Positions 50,956-61,284 of a DNA stretch of 64,000 nt are shown in pieces (the stretch's first letter is position 1; each line of letters starts with the position of its first letter). Source of the DNA: an uncultured cyanobacterium (GTDB lineage: Bacteria; Cyanobacteriota; Cyanobacteriia; Cyanobacteriales; CAWCAG01); assembly GCA_963803805.1 (NCBI GenBank), contig CAWDOD010000010.1, positions 480,001 through 544,000 on the forward strand. Direction: 5' to 3'. A model generated the notes under the pieces. It had not been told where the DNA came from and ran no database searches. It worked only from the letters and a program-made list of their open reading frames with translations. The position numbers and the translations under genes are program-made.

Positions 50956-52893
50956 ATGGCTAAAAGAAAGAAGCGTTCCAAACCTGCTGGTGGTTTTGTT
51001 ACTAACACCCAAGCTCTAAAATCAGGCATCACTAGAGTAGAAAGATTCCTGGCTCAACAACAATGGCAAAAAGCAGAAGATTTATTAAGGGAATTGGAAG
51101 AACGTTTTCCTAATCGCCAAGAAGTACTATCAGCAAGAGTGAATTTTTGTTATCAACTAGGGGATATCAAAGCTTACGAGAAAGCAGCAGAGAAACTTTT
51201 GGCTGTTGACCCAAAAAATAAGGACGCAATGTTGGGTTTAGCCGGTGCTTATATGAATAATACTCGACCCTTAATGGCAATGGGGGCTTTTCAAGAATTC
51301 CTCAAAGTTTATCCCAATGATGAACGAGCTAAAGAAGTTAAGCAAACAGTATTTACCATAGAAAATACTCTCGACAAGCTCATCAAGGAAATGGGTTTAT
51401 CAGGAGAAAATGGCCGCTCCTTGGCTTTATTACATGAGCAAGCCATGTCTGCATTAGAGGGAGGGGAATTACAAAAAGCTCGTCAACTAGAAGAACAGAT
51501 CCTCCTTAGCAAACCGGATTTTGCTCCGGCAAACAACAATATTAGTCTTTCCTATTGGGCAGAAAATAATACTCCTAAAGCCATTGAGACTGCTCAAAAT
51601 GTTCTAGATAAAGATCCTGACAACTTCCATGCTTTAAGTAATCTTGGTCGGTTTTTGGTCTTAAACGGGCAGATGGAAGAAGCATTGCAGGTGGGGGAAA
51701 AGTTAAAACTAGTTGAACATGAGTCTGAGGATTTGCCCATTAAACAAGCAGAAGCCCTCTCTTATTTGGGGGATAACTCTGGAGTTATTGCCATTTATGA
51801 AAATACTGACCCCAAAAATTATATTCCTCTTTTACAACACTTAGCTGCTGTGGCTTATGTGAACCAGGGAGAAGCAAAAAAAGCAGTACAAATTTGGCAA
51901 GAAATTCTCCAGGAATCTCCAGGATATGAACTGGCACAACAGAATTTAGCTAACCATAAAAAGCTCCCCAGTCAACGGCATCCCGCCTGGGCTTTTCCTG
52001 TAACTAACTGGATTACTTCAGCTATGGTAACTGAGTTATTAGAACTGTTCCAACAAAAAGACAAAACTGATAGTGATAAAGCCCAAGTTTATTTACAAAA
52101 GCATCCAGAATTAGTTAAATTAATCCCTATTTTATTAGAGCGAGGTGACCCTTCTGCAAGACAGTTTGTTTTATATTTAGCTTCAATGGCCAAAACTCCA
52201 GAAATACTGGAAATATTAAAAGATTTTGCCCTCAGTGATAAAGGACCAGATAGTATGCGCCAAGAAGCTGCTCAATTAGCCTCAGAAGCAGGGTTGATTC
52301 CAGCCGGAGAGGTGCGTATGTGGTTGCAAGGATCTTGGCAAGAAGTACTATTATTGGGGATGGAGATTCACGACGAACCCACCCAAAATCATGGTTCTAA
52401 GGTTAATAAAGCTTTGGGAGAAGCCATTACTTGTTTAAAAGCAGACGAGTTTAAGGAAGCTGAATCGATACTAAAAGAATGTTTAGAAAAAGAGCCGAAT
52501 GCTGCTGATTTAATGTTCAATTTGAGCGTTGCTTACGAACAACAAGGACGTGAAAAAGAGGCTTTAGATTTAGTTGAACAGATTATTGAACAACATCCTG
52601 ATTACGCCTTTGCCAGAATTGATTTAGCTAGAAGACATATGAAGGAAAAAGATTATGATGCCGCAGGAAAGTTACTAAAATCTATGTTGCAATGGAAAAG
52701 TTTCCATTACCAAGAATTTTCCCTTTACTGTCAAACACAAATTGAATTTTTCTTAGCTCAAAATGAAAAAGGTAGCGCTCGTTCTTGGTTAGGTATGTGG
52801 CAAAGAGTGGAACCAGATCATCCTAATATTCCCTATTGGCAGCAGAAGTTAAGTAGTTCGACAAAACAGAAAAAGTGGATGATTAATCAATGA
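50956..52893 (+). CDS. Tetratricopeptide repeat protein
   Basis: Multiple TPR-like helices (e.g. PDFAPANNNISL, PDNFHALSNLG, PNAADLMFNLSV). Confidence 0.85.
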   Translation: MAKRKKRSKPAGGFVTNTQALKSGITRVERFLAQQQWQKAEDLLRELEERFPNRQEVLSARVNFCYQLGDIKAYEKAAEKLLAVDPKNKDAMLGLAGAYMNNTRPLMAMGAFQEFLKVYPNDERAKEVKQTVFTIENTLDKLIKEMGLSGENGRSLALLHEQAMSALEGGELQKARQLEEQILLSKPDFAPANNNISLSYWAENNTPKAIETAQNVLDKDPDNFHALSNLGRFLVLNGQMEEALQVGEKLKLVEHESEDLPIKQAEALSYLGDNSGVIAIYENTDPKNYIPLLQHLAAVAYVNQGEAKKAVQIWQEILQESPGYELAQQNLANHKKLPSQRHPAWAFPVTNWITSAMVTELLELFQQKDKTDSDKAQVYLQKHPELVKLIPILLERGDPSARQFVLYLASMAKTPEILEILKDFALSDKGPDSMRQEAAQLASEAGLIPAGEVRMWLQGSWQEVLLLGMEIHDEPTQNHGSKVNKALGEAITCLKADEFKEAESILKECLEKEPNAADLMFNLSVAYEQQGREKEALDLVEQIIEQHPDYAFARIDLARRHMKEKDYDAAGKLLKSMLQWKSFHYQEFSLYCQTQIEFFLAQNEKGSARSWLGMWQRVEPDHPNIPYWQQKLSSSTKQKKWMINQ

Positions 52894-52975
52894 TCAATGA
52901 TCAATGATGCCTAACGGCAACGGCAAGCCTAATAGTTATTAATGATGTCAACGGCAACGGCAAGCTGAATAATGA
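52887..52975. repeat. CAATGAT heptamers with two AACGGCAACGGCAAGC insertions
   Basis: 16-mer at 52913-52928 and 52950-52965. Confidence 0.7.
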
Positions 52976-53005
52976 TTATTGTTTTCTTAACTTTTGAATT
53001 GACTT

Positions 53006-53680
53006 ATGGCTAGCGGTGACCAAATTTATACAATCCGAGAATTTATTAATATTCAAGGAATCTACGAACATCACGGTATTGATTGTGGAGATGGTAGTGT
53101 CATTCACTACCGCAAAAGTAATGAAACTATTTCCCGCACTTCTATGGCTACTTTTACTCACGGGAAAAAAGTGTATGTCAAAATATACCAAACCTGCTAC
53201 ATTCCTGATGTGGTAGTACAAAGGGCAGAAAGTAGATTAGGAGAGCAAAAATATAATTTACTTTTTAATAATTGCGAACATTTTGCTACCTGGTGCAAAA
53301 TTGGTAAAAATTATAGCCAGCAGGTTGAGGATTTTGTACCTGTTATCAGGCATATTAATCTTGATAGTTTATACCAACCCCTTAATCAAGCATTCCAAGA
53401 AGCCACAAAAGAGGATGCACCCCAATTGTTGAATAAAGCTTTGGCGGATATTAAAGTAATTTGGGATCAGACTCAACCTGCTTATAAAGAAGCCATTAAG
53501 GAAATGAATGCTTGGCAGCAAGTAGCTAGAGAAGCGGTGAAAAGAAATCGAGAAGACTTGGCTAGAGAAGCAATTAAGCGGAAATTAAAATATTCTAAGC
53601 GTGCTGCTAAAGAAAAAGAAACCCTTGATAAACTAGCGAAGATGACAGAAACTTTATTGCGTAATCAAGCAAATATGTAA
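53006..53680 (+). CDS. LRAT/NC-domain (permuted NlpC/P60) protein with PspA-like coiled-coil C-terminus
   Basis: HHGIDCGDGSVIHY and YNLLFNNCEHFATWC; C-terminal W...A..A.....EDLAREA..RK. Confidence 0.88.
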   Translation: MASGDQIYTIREFINIQGIYEHHGIDCGDGSVIHYRKSNETISRTSMATFTHGKKVYVKIYQTCYIPDVVVQRAESRLGEQKYNLLFNNCEHFATWCKIGKNYSQQVEDFVPVIRHINLDSLYQPLNQAFQEATKEDAPQLLNKALADIKVIWDQTQPAYKEAIKEMNAWQQVAREAVKRNREDLAREAIKRKLKYSKRAAKEKETLDKLAKMTETLLRNQANM

Positions 53681-53769
53681 GAAGATTGGCGAGAAACTTA
53701 ACTTTCTGTTTTTGACTCAAGTTGACTTCAAGCCTTAAGCTGTTAACAAACACTTATGATTTTATTTTC

Positions 53770-54090
53770 ATGGCTGAAGCTGAACATATCACAGATGAGC
53801 AATTAAACGAACTTCTAACTTCTGAACTCCCTTTAGTAGTAGATTGTACTGCCCCTTGGTGTGGCCCCTGTCGTCGAGTTGGGCCTTTGATTGACCAATT
53901 GGCAGGAGAATACGAAGGACGAGCTAATGTAACGAAACTAAATATTGATGAACATAAAGCTAGTGCTAGCAAGTATGGAGTTAAGAGTATTCCTGCGGTA
54001 CTGATGTTTAAGGGTGGCGAGTTAGTAGAAAATTTAGTTGGTGTTGCTCCTTACGAAACCTTTAGTGAAGCCCTTGATAAACATATTTAG
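53770..54090 (+). CDS. Thioredoxin
   Basis: WCGPC, SIP, GVAP; ATG at 53770 preferred. Confidence 0.93.
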   Translation: MAEAEHITDEQLNELLTSELPLVVDCTAPWCGPCRRVGPLIDQLAGEYEGRANVTKLNIDEHKASASKYGVKSIPAVLMFKGGELVENLVGVAPYETFSEALDKHI

Positions 54091-54161
54091 AGAGAGCCAA
54101 GAAAAGACTTATCTAAAAGCGATAAGCTAATGGCTAGTTGCTAAAATCTTATACTTGGTGA

Positions 54162-54188
54162 GGATATTTTATTTATTGGAGTTCTCTT
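54162..54188 (-). repeat. Short dispersed repeat (second copy of the 25663 family)
   Basis: Reverse complement AAGAGAACTCCAATAAATAAAATATCC versus AAGGGAACTCCAGAAAATAAAAGATCC. Confidence 0.6.
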
Positions 54189-54231
54189 TAAGGAAAATAT
54201 AAGGTGATGATTAAAGCTCCAAGATATTATG

Positions 54232-54253
54232 TATGACTACCTCGGTAGTCATA
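54232..54253. other. Perfect 10-bp inverted repeat between convergent trx and phoX
   Basis: TATGACTACC-TC-GGTAGTCATA. Confidence 0.5.
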
Positions 54254-54321
54254 ATTACATTGTGGTCAATCCAAAGTTAGGGGTTGAGTACGTAGGCTCG
54301 TTTATTTGCTAACATTGCTAT

Positions 54322-55638
54322 TCACACAGAGCTTGTGACTTTCCACGGGCCCCAAATAGCTAAAGTAATACCCGGCTTTTGAATATTAACAAACATAGTT
54401 TCTCCATCAGGAGCAAAACAAACTCCTGCAAACTCGCTAAAATTGAGGGCATTGCTAGCAAACTTGTAGCATTGACCTTGGGGTGTAATTCCTACTAAAA
54501 ACTGTTCCCTATAACCATCTTCACAAACAATTAAATCCCCAAAAGGAGACATCACTAGGTTATCGGGATAATCCAAGACATCACCACCAGGAGATTCTAC
54601 GAATAATTCGATTTGCTCTGTTTGAGGGCTATAGCGAAAAACTTGTCCCCTAGCAGCATTGCCTCCACTGGTACAGGTAAAATAAATTGCACCGTCGCTA
54701 TAACAAATACCTTCCCCCCGTTTAAAAATGGCTGCACCCTTCTTTTGGGCTTCGTAACGTAAGGTATCCTGTTGGGGGTCTACATCATCAATTTTGACCC
54801 ATGTCACAGCTTTAGGGATATCCATAGGGAAATTAGTACTGGTATCGATTTTTGGCATTCCTTGAATAACCAAAGCTTCTAAAACTCCTCCGGCTTCTAA
54901 ATTTCCTTTCTCTTGGGGACGAAAGCGATAAAAACAACTATCATCTCGATCTTCAGTTTGATAAACGTAACTAGTTTCTGGATCTACGGCGATCGCTTCG
55001 TGGTTAAAGCGCCCCATGGCTACTAACGGAGTAGGAGTTACCAACTGTTCTTGAGTTGCAGGTACTTCAAAATTATAACCGTGCTTGAATGCTACCTTAG
55101 CTGGTTTATTCTTCGTTGTGGCGGGGGTAGAAATATCTTCCTCGCAACTGATCCAAGAACCCCAGGGAGTTGGCCCTCCAGCGCAGTTACGGCTAGTACC
55201 AGCCAAGGAAGCAAATTGTTTAATTACTTGGCGATCGCGGTTTAAAACCATGGTTGTAGTCCCCCCCTGACCCCAAGGATCATATTTTTGGGTTGCGGAG
55301 GCTTTCACTCCTTTTAGCTGATCGGGGCTAACTTCATGGTTGCGAATCAAAATAGTTGTGCCATCTTCCCCTGGAAATGCTGCCATACCATCAGGATCTT
55401 CTGGTGTAGTATTACCATCACTCATTGGCTGCCCTGTTTTGGAAAGGATACGATACTGAAAACCTGGGGGCAGGTCTAAAATTTTCTGAGGATCTGGTTG
55501 TAGTGTGCCAAAGCCTTCGGTAACAAGAGAATCACCGCTTTGCCCTCTAGCATAAAGAGCCTTTAAAGGAGATGCCACCACGCAAGTTGCTGTAGTCGCC
55601 CCAGCAATAGCAAAAAATTTACGTCGTGATAAAGTCAC
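54322..55638 (-). CDS. phoX: PhoX-family alkaline phosphatase (DUF839), Tat-exported
   Basis: SRRKFF Tat motif, RNHE, NCAGG.TPWG.WISCEE, GRFNHEA, PDN, CED. Confidence 0.9.
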   Translation of the reverse strand: MTLSRRKFFAIAGATTATCVVASPLKALYARGQSGDSLVTEGFGTLQPDPQKILDLPPGFQYRILSKTGQPMSDGNTTPEDPDGMAAFPGEDGTTILIRNHEVSPDQLKGVKASATQKYDPWGQGGTTTMVLNRDRQVIKQFASLAGTSRNCAGGPTPWGSWISCEEDISTPATTKNKPAKVAFKHGYNFEVPATQEQLVTPTPLVAMGRFNHEAIAVDPETSYVYQTEDRDDSCFYRFRPQEKGNLEAGGVLEALVIQGMPKIDTSTNFPMDIPKAVTWVKIDDVDPQQDTLRYEAQKKGAAIFKRGEGICYSDGAIYFTCTSGGNAARGQVFRYSPQTEQIELFVESPGGDVLDYPDNLVMSPFGDLIVCEDGYREQFLVGITPQGQCYKFASNALNFSEFAGVCFAPDGETMFVNIQKPGITLAIWGPWKVTSSV

Positions 55639-55692
55639 AGTTTCCCTCTTGGTAGTTTTCAGTTTCTTTGATTTATACTAGATCGATTTTTA

Positions 55693-55728
55693 GTTACATA
55701 GGTTAAGGTTTTGGTTACATAGGTTAAG
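55693..55728 (-). promoter_or_regulatory. Candidate Pho box (SphR site) upstream of phoX
   Basis: Minus-strand direct repeat CTTAACCTATGTAAC twice with 21-bp period; CTTAACCT matches the cyanobacterial PyTTAAPyPy(T/A) unit. Confidence 0.65.
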
Positions 55729-55747
55729 AGAATAGGCAGCATGGGAT

Positions 55748-55780
55748 AAAAAAAGGGGGCGTAACCTCAAGCTACACCCC
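55748..55780 (-). terminator. Intrinsic terminator of groESL
   Basis: Minus strand GGGGTGTAGC-TTGAG-GTTACGCCCC followed by a T run. Confidence 0.8.
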
Positions 55781-55813
55781 ACAGTAATTACCAATTAGTC
55801 ATTAGCTAATAAA

Positions 55814-57466
<1,653 letters not shown>

Positions 57467-57486
57467 CTAAGTGTTTACTTTTAGAC

Positions 57487-57798
57487 CTAATCGACTACCG
57501 CGAGAATGTCTTTCTCCGAGAGAAGTACATAATCTTCGCCACCGAGTTTAATATCAGTTCCAGCATATTTAGAATAAAGAACTTGGTCGCCAACTTTGAC
57601 ATCCATTGGTACACGCTTACCATCGTTGTCTATTTTTCCAGGACCAACAGAAACAATTTCGCCAACTTGAGGCTTTTCTTTTGCGGAGTCGGGTAAGAAA
57701 ATACCGCCACTGGTTTTCTCTTCAGCTACGTTGACTTTGACGAAAACGCGCTCCCCAAGGGGGCTAACGGTGGATACATTAATTGTTAAAGCTGCCAT
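57487..57798 (-). CDS. groES: Co-chaperonin GroES
   Basis: PLGERV, GGIFLPD.AKEKP, YSKYAGT; ATG at 57798 after GAGG. Confidence 0.98.
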   Translation of the reverse strand: MAALTINVSTVSPLGERVFVKVNVAEEKTSGGIFLPDSAKEKPQVGEIVSVGPGKIDNDGKRVPMDVKVGDQVLYSKYAGTDIKLGGEDYVLLSEKDILAVVD

Positions 57799-57832
57799 AT
57801 AAACCTCATCTACGTTTTTGCGGTCGCTCAAA

Positions 57833-57859
57833 TTAGCACTCTCGACCTCTGAGTGCTAA
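57833..57859. promoter_or_regulatory. CIRCE element (HrcA operator)
   Basis: Perfect TTAGCACTC-N9-GAGTGCTAA. Confidence 0.97.
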
Positions 57860-57898
57860 TTTATCTAAATTTGGTTAACTATGGCAACTGTATTTTCA

Positions 57899-57914
57899 GT
57901 ACGGTTTCCCGAAC
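57899..57914 (-). promoter_or_regulatory. K-box
   Basis: Minus strand GTTCGGGAAACCGTAC matches GTTCGG-NNAN-CCNNAC upstream of groES. Confidence 0.85.
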
Positions 57915-58056
57915 TAAAAATTATAGTAAATATGTATTTATGTTTTGCGATCGCTATAGCTTTCTATTAACTAACTCTAAGCATCTATTTGCAGGCACTG
58001 TACTATTATTGGTTTATTTATAATCATCAGTTATCTTTGCGAGATAGGAAAATCTT

Positions 58057-58659
58057 ATGCCTTACAGTAAATTTACCCTTAGTAAAGCTATAGAAGATTT
58101 TCAACTCACCCTTATTGAGGGCGATCGCTTTGTGGAGAATATTTCCCCAGTTAATCCCAGTGCTTTGCTTCAAGAAACCCTCAAAGAAACACTACCTTGG
58201 GCGATCGCAGTCAGTACAGAAAAAGCACGGTCTGAGGGTATCATCAATCCGGTATTATTAGAAGTTAAACGTCAACTCAACGGACAGATTAGCCTCTTCT
58301 CTGGTGAAGAGTTCAATGTGCAACCAGATGTTGATTTAACCGGCTATGTCGATTTTTTAATGAGTCGTTCTCCGGAGCAATTGTATATCAAAGCCCCGGC
58401 AATAGTTTTAGTAGAAGCAAAAAAAGAAGACCTTAAACCAGGGTTAGGGCAGTGTTTAGCGGAAATGGTAGCAGCCCAACGCTTCAATCAACAGAAACAG
58501 CAGCCTATTTCTACTATTTATGGAGCAATTACCAGTGGTACAGTTTGGCGGTTTCTTAAACTGGAAGGGCAAACCGTTACAATCGACTTAACGGATTATC
58601 CCTTACCGCCAGTTGAACCAATTTTGGGCTTTCTAGTTTGGATGATGCTTAACGGCTAA
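58057..58659 (+). CDS. Cyanobacterial PD-(D/E)xK-fold hypothetical protein
   Basis: SEKARSE-like motif, GYVDF...LVEAKK, GQC.AEM.AA, YGAITSG..W.F. Confidence 0.8.
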   Translation: MPYSKFTLSKAIEDFQLTLIEGDRFVENISPVNPSALLQETLKETLPWAIAVSTEKARSEGIINPVLLEVKRQLNGQISLFSGEEFNVQPDVDLTGYVDFLMSRSPEQLYIKAPAIVLVEAKKEDLKPGLGQCLAEMVAAQRFNQQKQQPISTIYGAITSGTVWRFLKLEGQTVTIDLTDYPLPPVEPILGFLVWMMLNG

Positions 58660-58683
58660 GGTTGTTCGTTTTGCTAACATAAT

Positions 58684-58989
58684 CTATCCATATGTATTTT
58701 GAGCCAAAACAATCCTCACAGATTCTGGCATTTCTTCATAATGCTCCAATAAGAAATCTGCTAAGCCAAGATGATACTCGTCGTTGAAACCTGGTTGACG
58801 CTGACTTCTGACGGAAAACCATTTACTCACTGTTGATTTTGCTCTCCGACAAATCAAAGCGACATCATCTTGAGTTACTGGCCACCTTGAATAAAATTCC
58901 TGGGGAGTCATAATCAGATTACAGGAACTATAAAGCAAAATGATTTTTCGCTCCCTAGAAGTCAGGGAACGTGGCTGTTTTTCTGGCAT
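58684..58989 (-). CDS. Small helix-turn-helix protein
   Basis: MTPQEFY.RW.VTQDDVALICRRAKSTVSKWF. Confidence 0.75.
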   Translation of the reverse strand: MPEKQPRSLTSRERKIILLYSSCNLIMTPQEFYSRWPVTQDDVALICRRAKSTVSKWFSVRSQRQPGFNDEYHLGLADFLLEHYEEMPESVRIVLAQNTYG

Positions 58990-59017
58990 AATTTAATTAA
59001 CCTATAAGTGGGTCCGC

Positions 59018-59049
59018 CCGTGCAGATTGGTTGTCAGCCCCTGCACGGG
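59018..59049. other. GC-rich hairpin upstream of the HTH gene
   Basis: CCCGTGCAG-N14-CTGCACGGG followed by TTTTT on the + strand. Confidence 0.6.
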
Positions 59050-59149
59050 TTTTTAATATCTGGAAAATAACATTTTCCACACTGTATGGCACAATGTACA
59101 AAAACAGTTAATTATACTTGTAGTTAATTTGAGTTAACAGCAGTACAAA

Positions 59150-59341
59150 GTGTCAGAAAAAAGAGAAGGAAAGGACATAATGAGGTTCTATATGCCAGAG
59201 GGACTAAAAGACAGATACAAAAGGCTCTGTGGTATTAAGGGAACTACTATGACGGAAGATTTGGTTGCTTACATGGAAAGCGAGGTTGAGGATAACAAGG
59301 AACTTATAGAAATGGCGGAAAAGAAGTTTGGAGGGAAATGA
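59150..59341 (+). CDS. Ribbon-helix-helix protein (ParG/CopG-like)
   Basis: IMRFYMPEGLKDRYKRLC...GTTMTE.L..Y; 63 aa; divergent from the HTH gene. Confidence 0.7.
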   Translation: MSEKREGKDIMRFYMPEGLKDRYKRLCGIKGTTMTEDLVAYMESEVEDNKELIEMAEKKFGGK

Positions 59342-59449
59342 TTTCTAATTGGCTCTAAACTACTGTCTTTTTAAGTGATTTAAGCAACTGTCGATGATTA
59401 AAATGAATTCAAAACGATTGCTTGGTATACCAAACTGAAAGGGTAATTT

Positions 59450-59734
59450 ATGACGGTTAAAACAACGTTATATTTAACAGCAAAAGTTTTGCCAGGAAAC
59501 AAAATTGAAATTCAGGCTCCCAGTCTTTCAGTGGGGCAAACTGTTGAGGTGGTTATTTTAGTTCAGGAGGTCAATCTTCCCTCTACTGCTATAGAGAAAC
59601 AAACCCTATCATTAGAGCAACGCCTTGCTTTCCTCAAGTTGCCCATTGCCGAGCGTAAGCGTGTTCTCGAAAACCAAAGTGAGAAAATGCTCAGTCATTA
59701 TCAACAGGATTCTGAATATCATGATGAATGTTGA
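59450..59734 (+). CDS. Putative antitoxin-like hypothetical protein
   Basis: KVLPGNKIEI...GQTVEVVIL (AbrB-like strands), AFLKLPIAERKRVL. Confidence 0.65.
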   Translation: MTVKTTLYLTAKVLPGNKIEIQAPSLSVGQTVEVVILVQEVNLPSTAIEKQTLSLEQRLAFLKLPIAERKRVLENQSEKMLSHYQQDSEYHDEC

Positions 59735-60286
59735 AGAATTAAAACAACTAGTATGGCAAGCTTGTAACCAAGATGGATTTGTTCTTCTGGAAGATGGAGT
59801 AACTAAATGTTTGAAGAATTTGAGCATTCTAATGAATTACTTGATTCTTCTGAGGGTCAACTAAGTGAGCCAACAGATATTAGTTTAGATTTGCGATTAC
59901 GCCTTATAACTTTGACAGCAGAGTTAGGTGAAAAGGAAGCAGATCGAGCATGGAAGCGTTATGGGATTATGTTGACTTTGAATGCTGGTTTAATTGCCAT
60001 AATCTCTTATACATTTAGTCAGTCTTTATACTTATTAACCGCTTTTAGGCGTAGTGATATGACCGCTCTTATTGATGAAAATTCTTATTTGGCTGGAGTT
60101 TTTCGCTCTCGCTCAAGTTTAGGCCCGCGTACAGAAAGGCCTTTTCAAGGTTCGTCTACAGGAGATGCAAAGATGGTTGTTTGTGGTGTGGGTGTATTTT
60201 GGTTTATCTTAATGATTTATGGCATAATTGCTGCACTAGCAAATTGGGATGGAGTTGAGTTATTCTTCACAAATTTCGGCTCCTAG
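59721..60286 (+). pseudogene. Small membrane protein, probably frameshifted or degenerate
   Basis: ORF from ATG 59721 joins the 59807 ORF if one A is added in the AAA at 59805-59807; two TM segments, W.RY..ML..NAGL. Confidence 0.4.
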
Positions 60287-60527
60287 ATTACTGAATTAAT
60301 TTTATACAAGTATAAGGTTGCAATGGGGGGATTTTTGACCTCACTGGAAATCTTGTTTAGGAGATTTTTTCGATATCAACGTATTCAAAAATCTTAGATA
60401 CTAAGCTGATTATGTTGTTGTGATTGCATCCTCAAGAGAAGGGAAGAAAATAATGTAGAGATTGTCCATCTACTTACGAGGTAAAATTAGGAAAACAACA
60501 TATGGCACGACGAACAGGAGTCAACAT

Positions 60528-60794
60528 ATGCAGGCGATTCTTCTAAGCCGTGAGGAAGTTGCGAGGCGTGCAAAGCAATTGTACAAAAGCAATATTCATC
60601 AACAGGTAGAAGTGGAAGAGAATATTGGCAAAATGGTCATCATTGATATTGAAACAGGTGATTACGAAGTTGATAAGACTGGGCTGCAAGCATCCCGTAA
60701 TCTCAGTAAAAAGCACCCAAATGCTCGACTCTTTGGTATTCGTATTGGATACAAACTCGCTGTTTCATTTGGCGGTGTCATGGAGCGTGTGTAG
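60528..60794 (+). CDS. Small hypothetical protein, partner of the aspartic protease
   Basis: AGGAG RBS before ATG 60528; GKMVIIDIETGDYEVD...RIG. Confidence 0.8.
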   Translation: MQAILLSREEVARRAKQLYKSNIHQQVEVEENIGKMVIIDIETGDYEVDKTGLQASRNLSKKHPNARLFGIRIGYKLAVSFGGVMERV

Positions 60795-60796
60795 AG

Positions 60797-61162
60797 GTGA
60801 TTTCTGGACTTGTAACAGATAGACACGCAACTGTTGCACTGACATTCCTGTTGCCAAATGGCTCAAGCATAGCCATTGAGTTCGTTATAGACACAGGATT
60901 CACAGGAGAATTATGCCTTCCTCCAGAAGCAGTTTCATTAATGGGCTTACCCTTCAGGTATGATACTGCCGCAAATTTGGCAGATAATAGTGAGGTATTA
61001 CTATCTGTTCATGAGGCAATTATCCTTTGGGATGGTGAAGAACGAGAAGTCCTCATTATTGCTTCAGGAAGGCGGCCTTTACTTGGAACCGCTTTGTTGG
61101 ATAGACAAGAACTTGTAATTCAGTTTACGGATGGTGGCTTGGTAACAATTGATGAACTATAG
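60797..61162 (+). CDS. Clan AA (retropepsin-like) aspartic protease
   Basis: IDTGF catalytic motif, LAD, PLLG..LL. Confidence 0.9.
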   Translation: MISGLVTDRHATVALTFLLPNGSSIAIEFVIDTGFTGELCLPPEAVSLMGLPFRYDTAANLADNSEVLLSVHEAIILWDGEEREVLIIASGRRPLLGTALLDRQELVIQFTDGGLVTIDEL

Positions 61163-61284
61163 GTAATATCTCGTTTTTGTTCATTGGAGAACTGGGCAAT
61201 TAGGAAAAATTTCTAATGTGGGGGCGACCCGCTTCCCTTGCATTTGGGAACAATAATAATTCTTATTGGGTCACCCGTCTAAAA

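Noticed and set aside
61218-61278. REP-like GGGGCGACCC/GGGTCACCC inverted pair
   Set aside because: Degenerate single copy that cannot be told apart from a terminator between convergent genes
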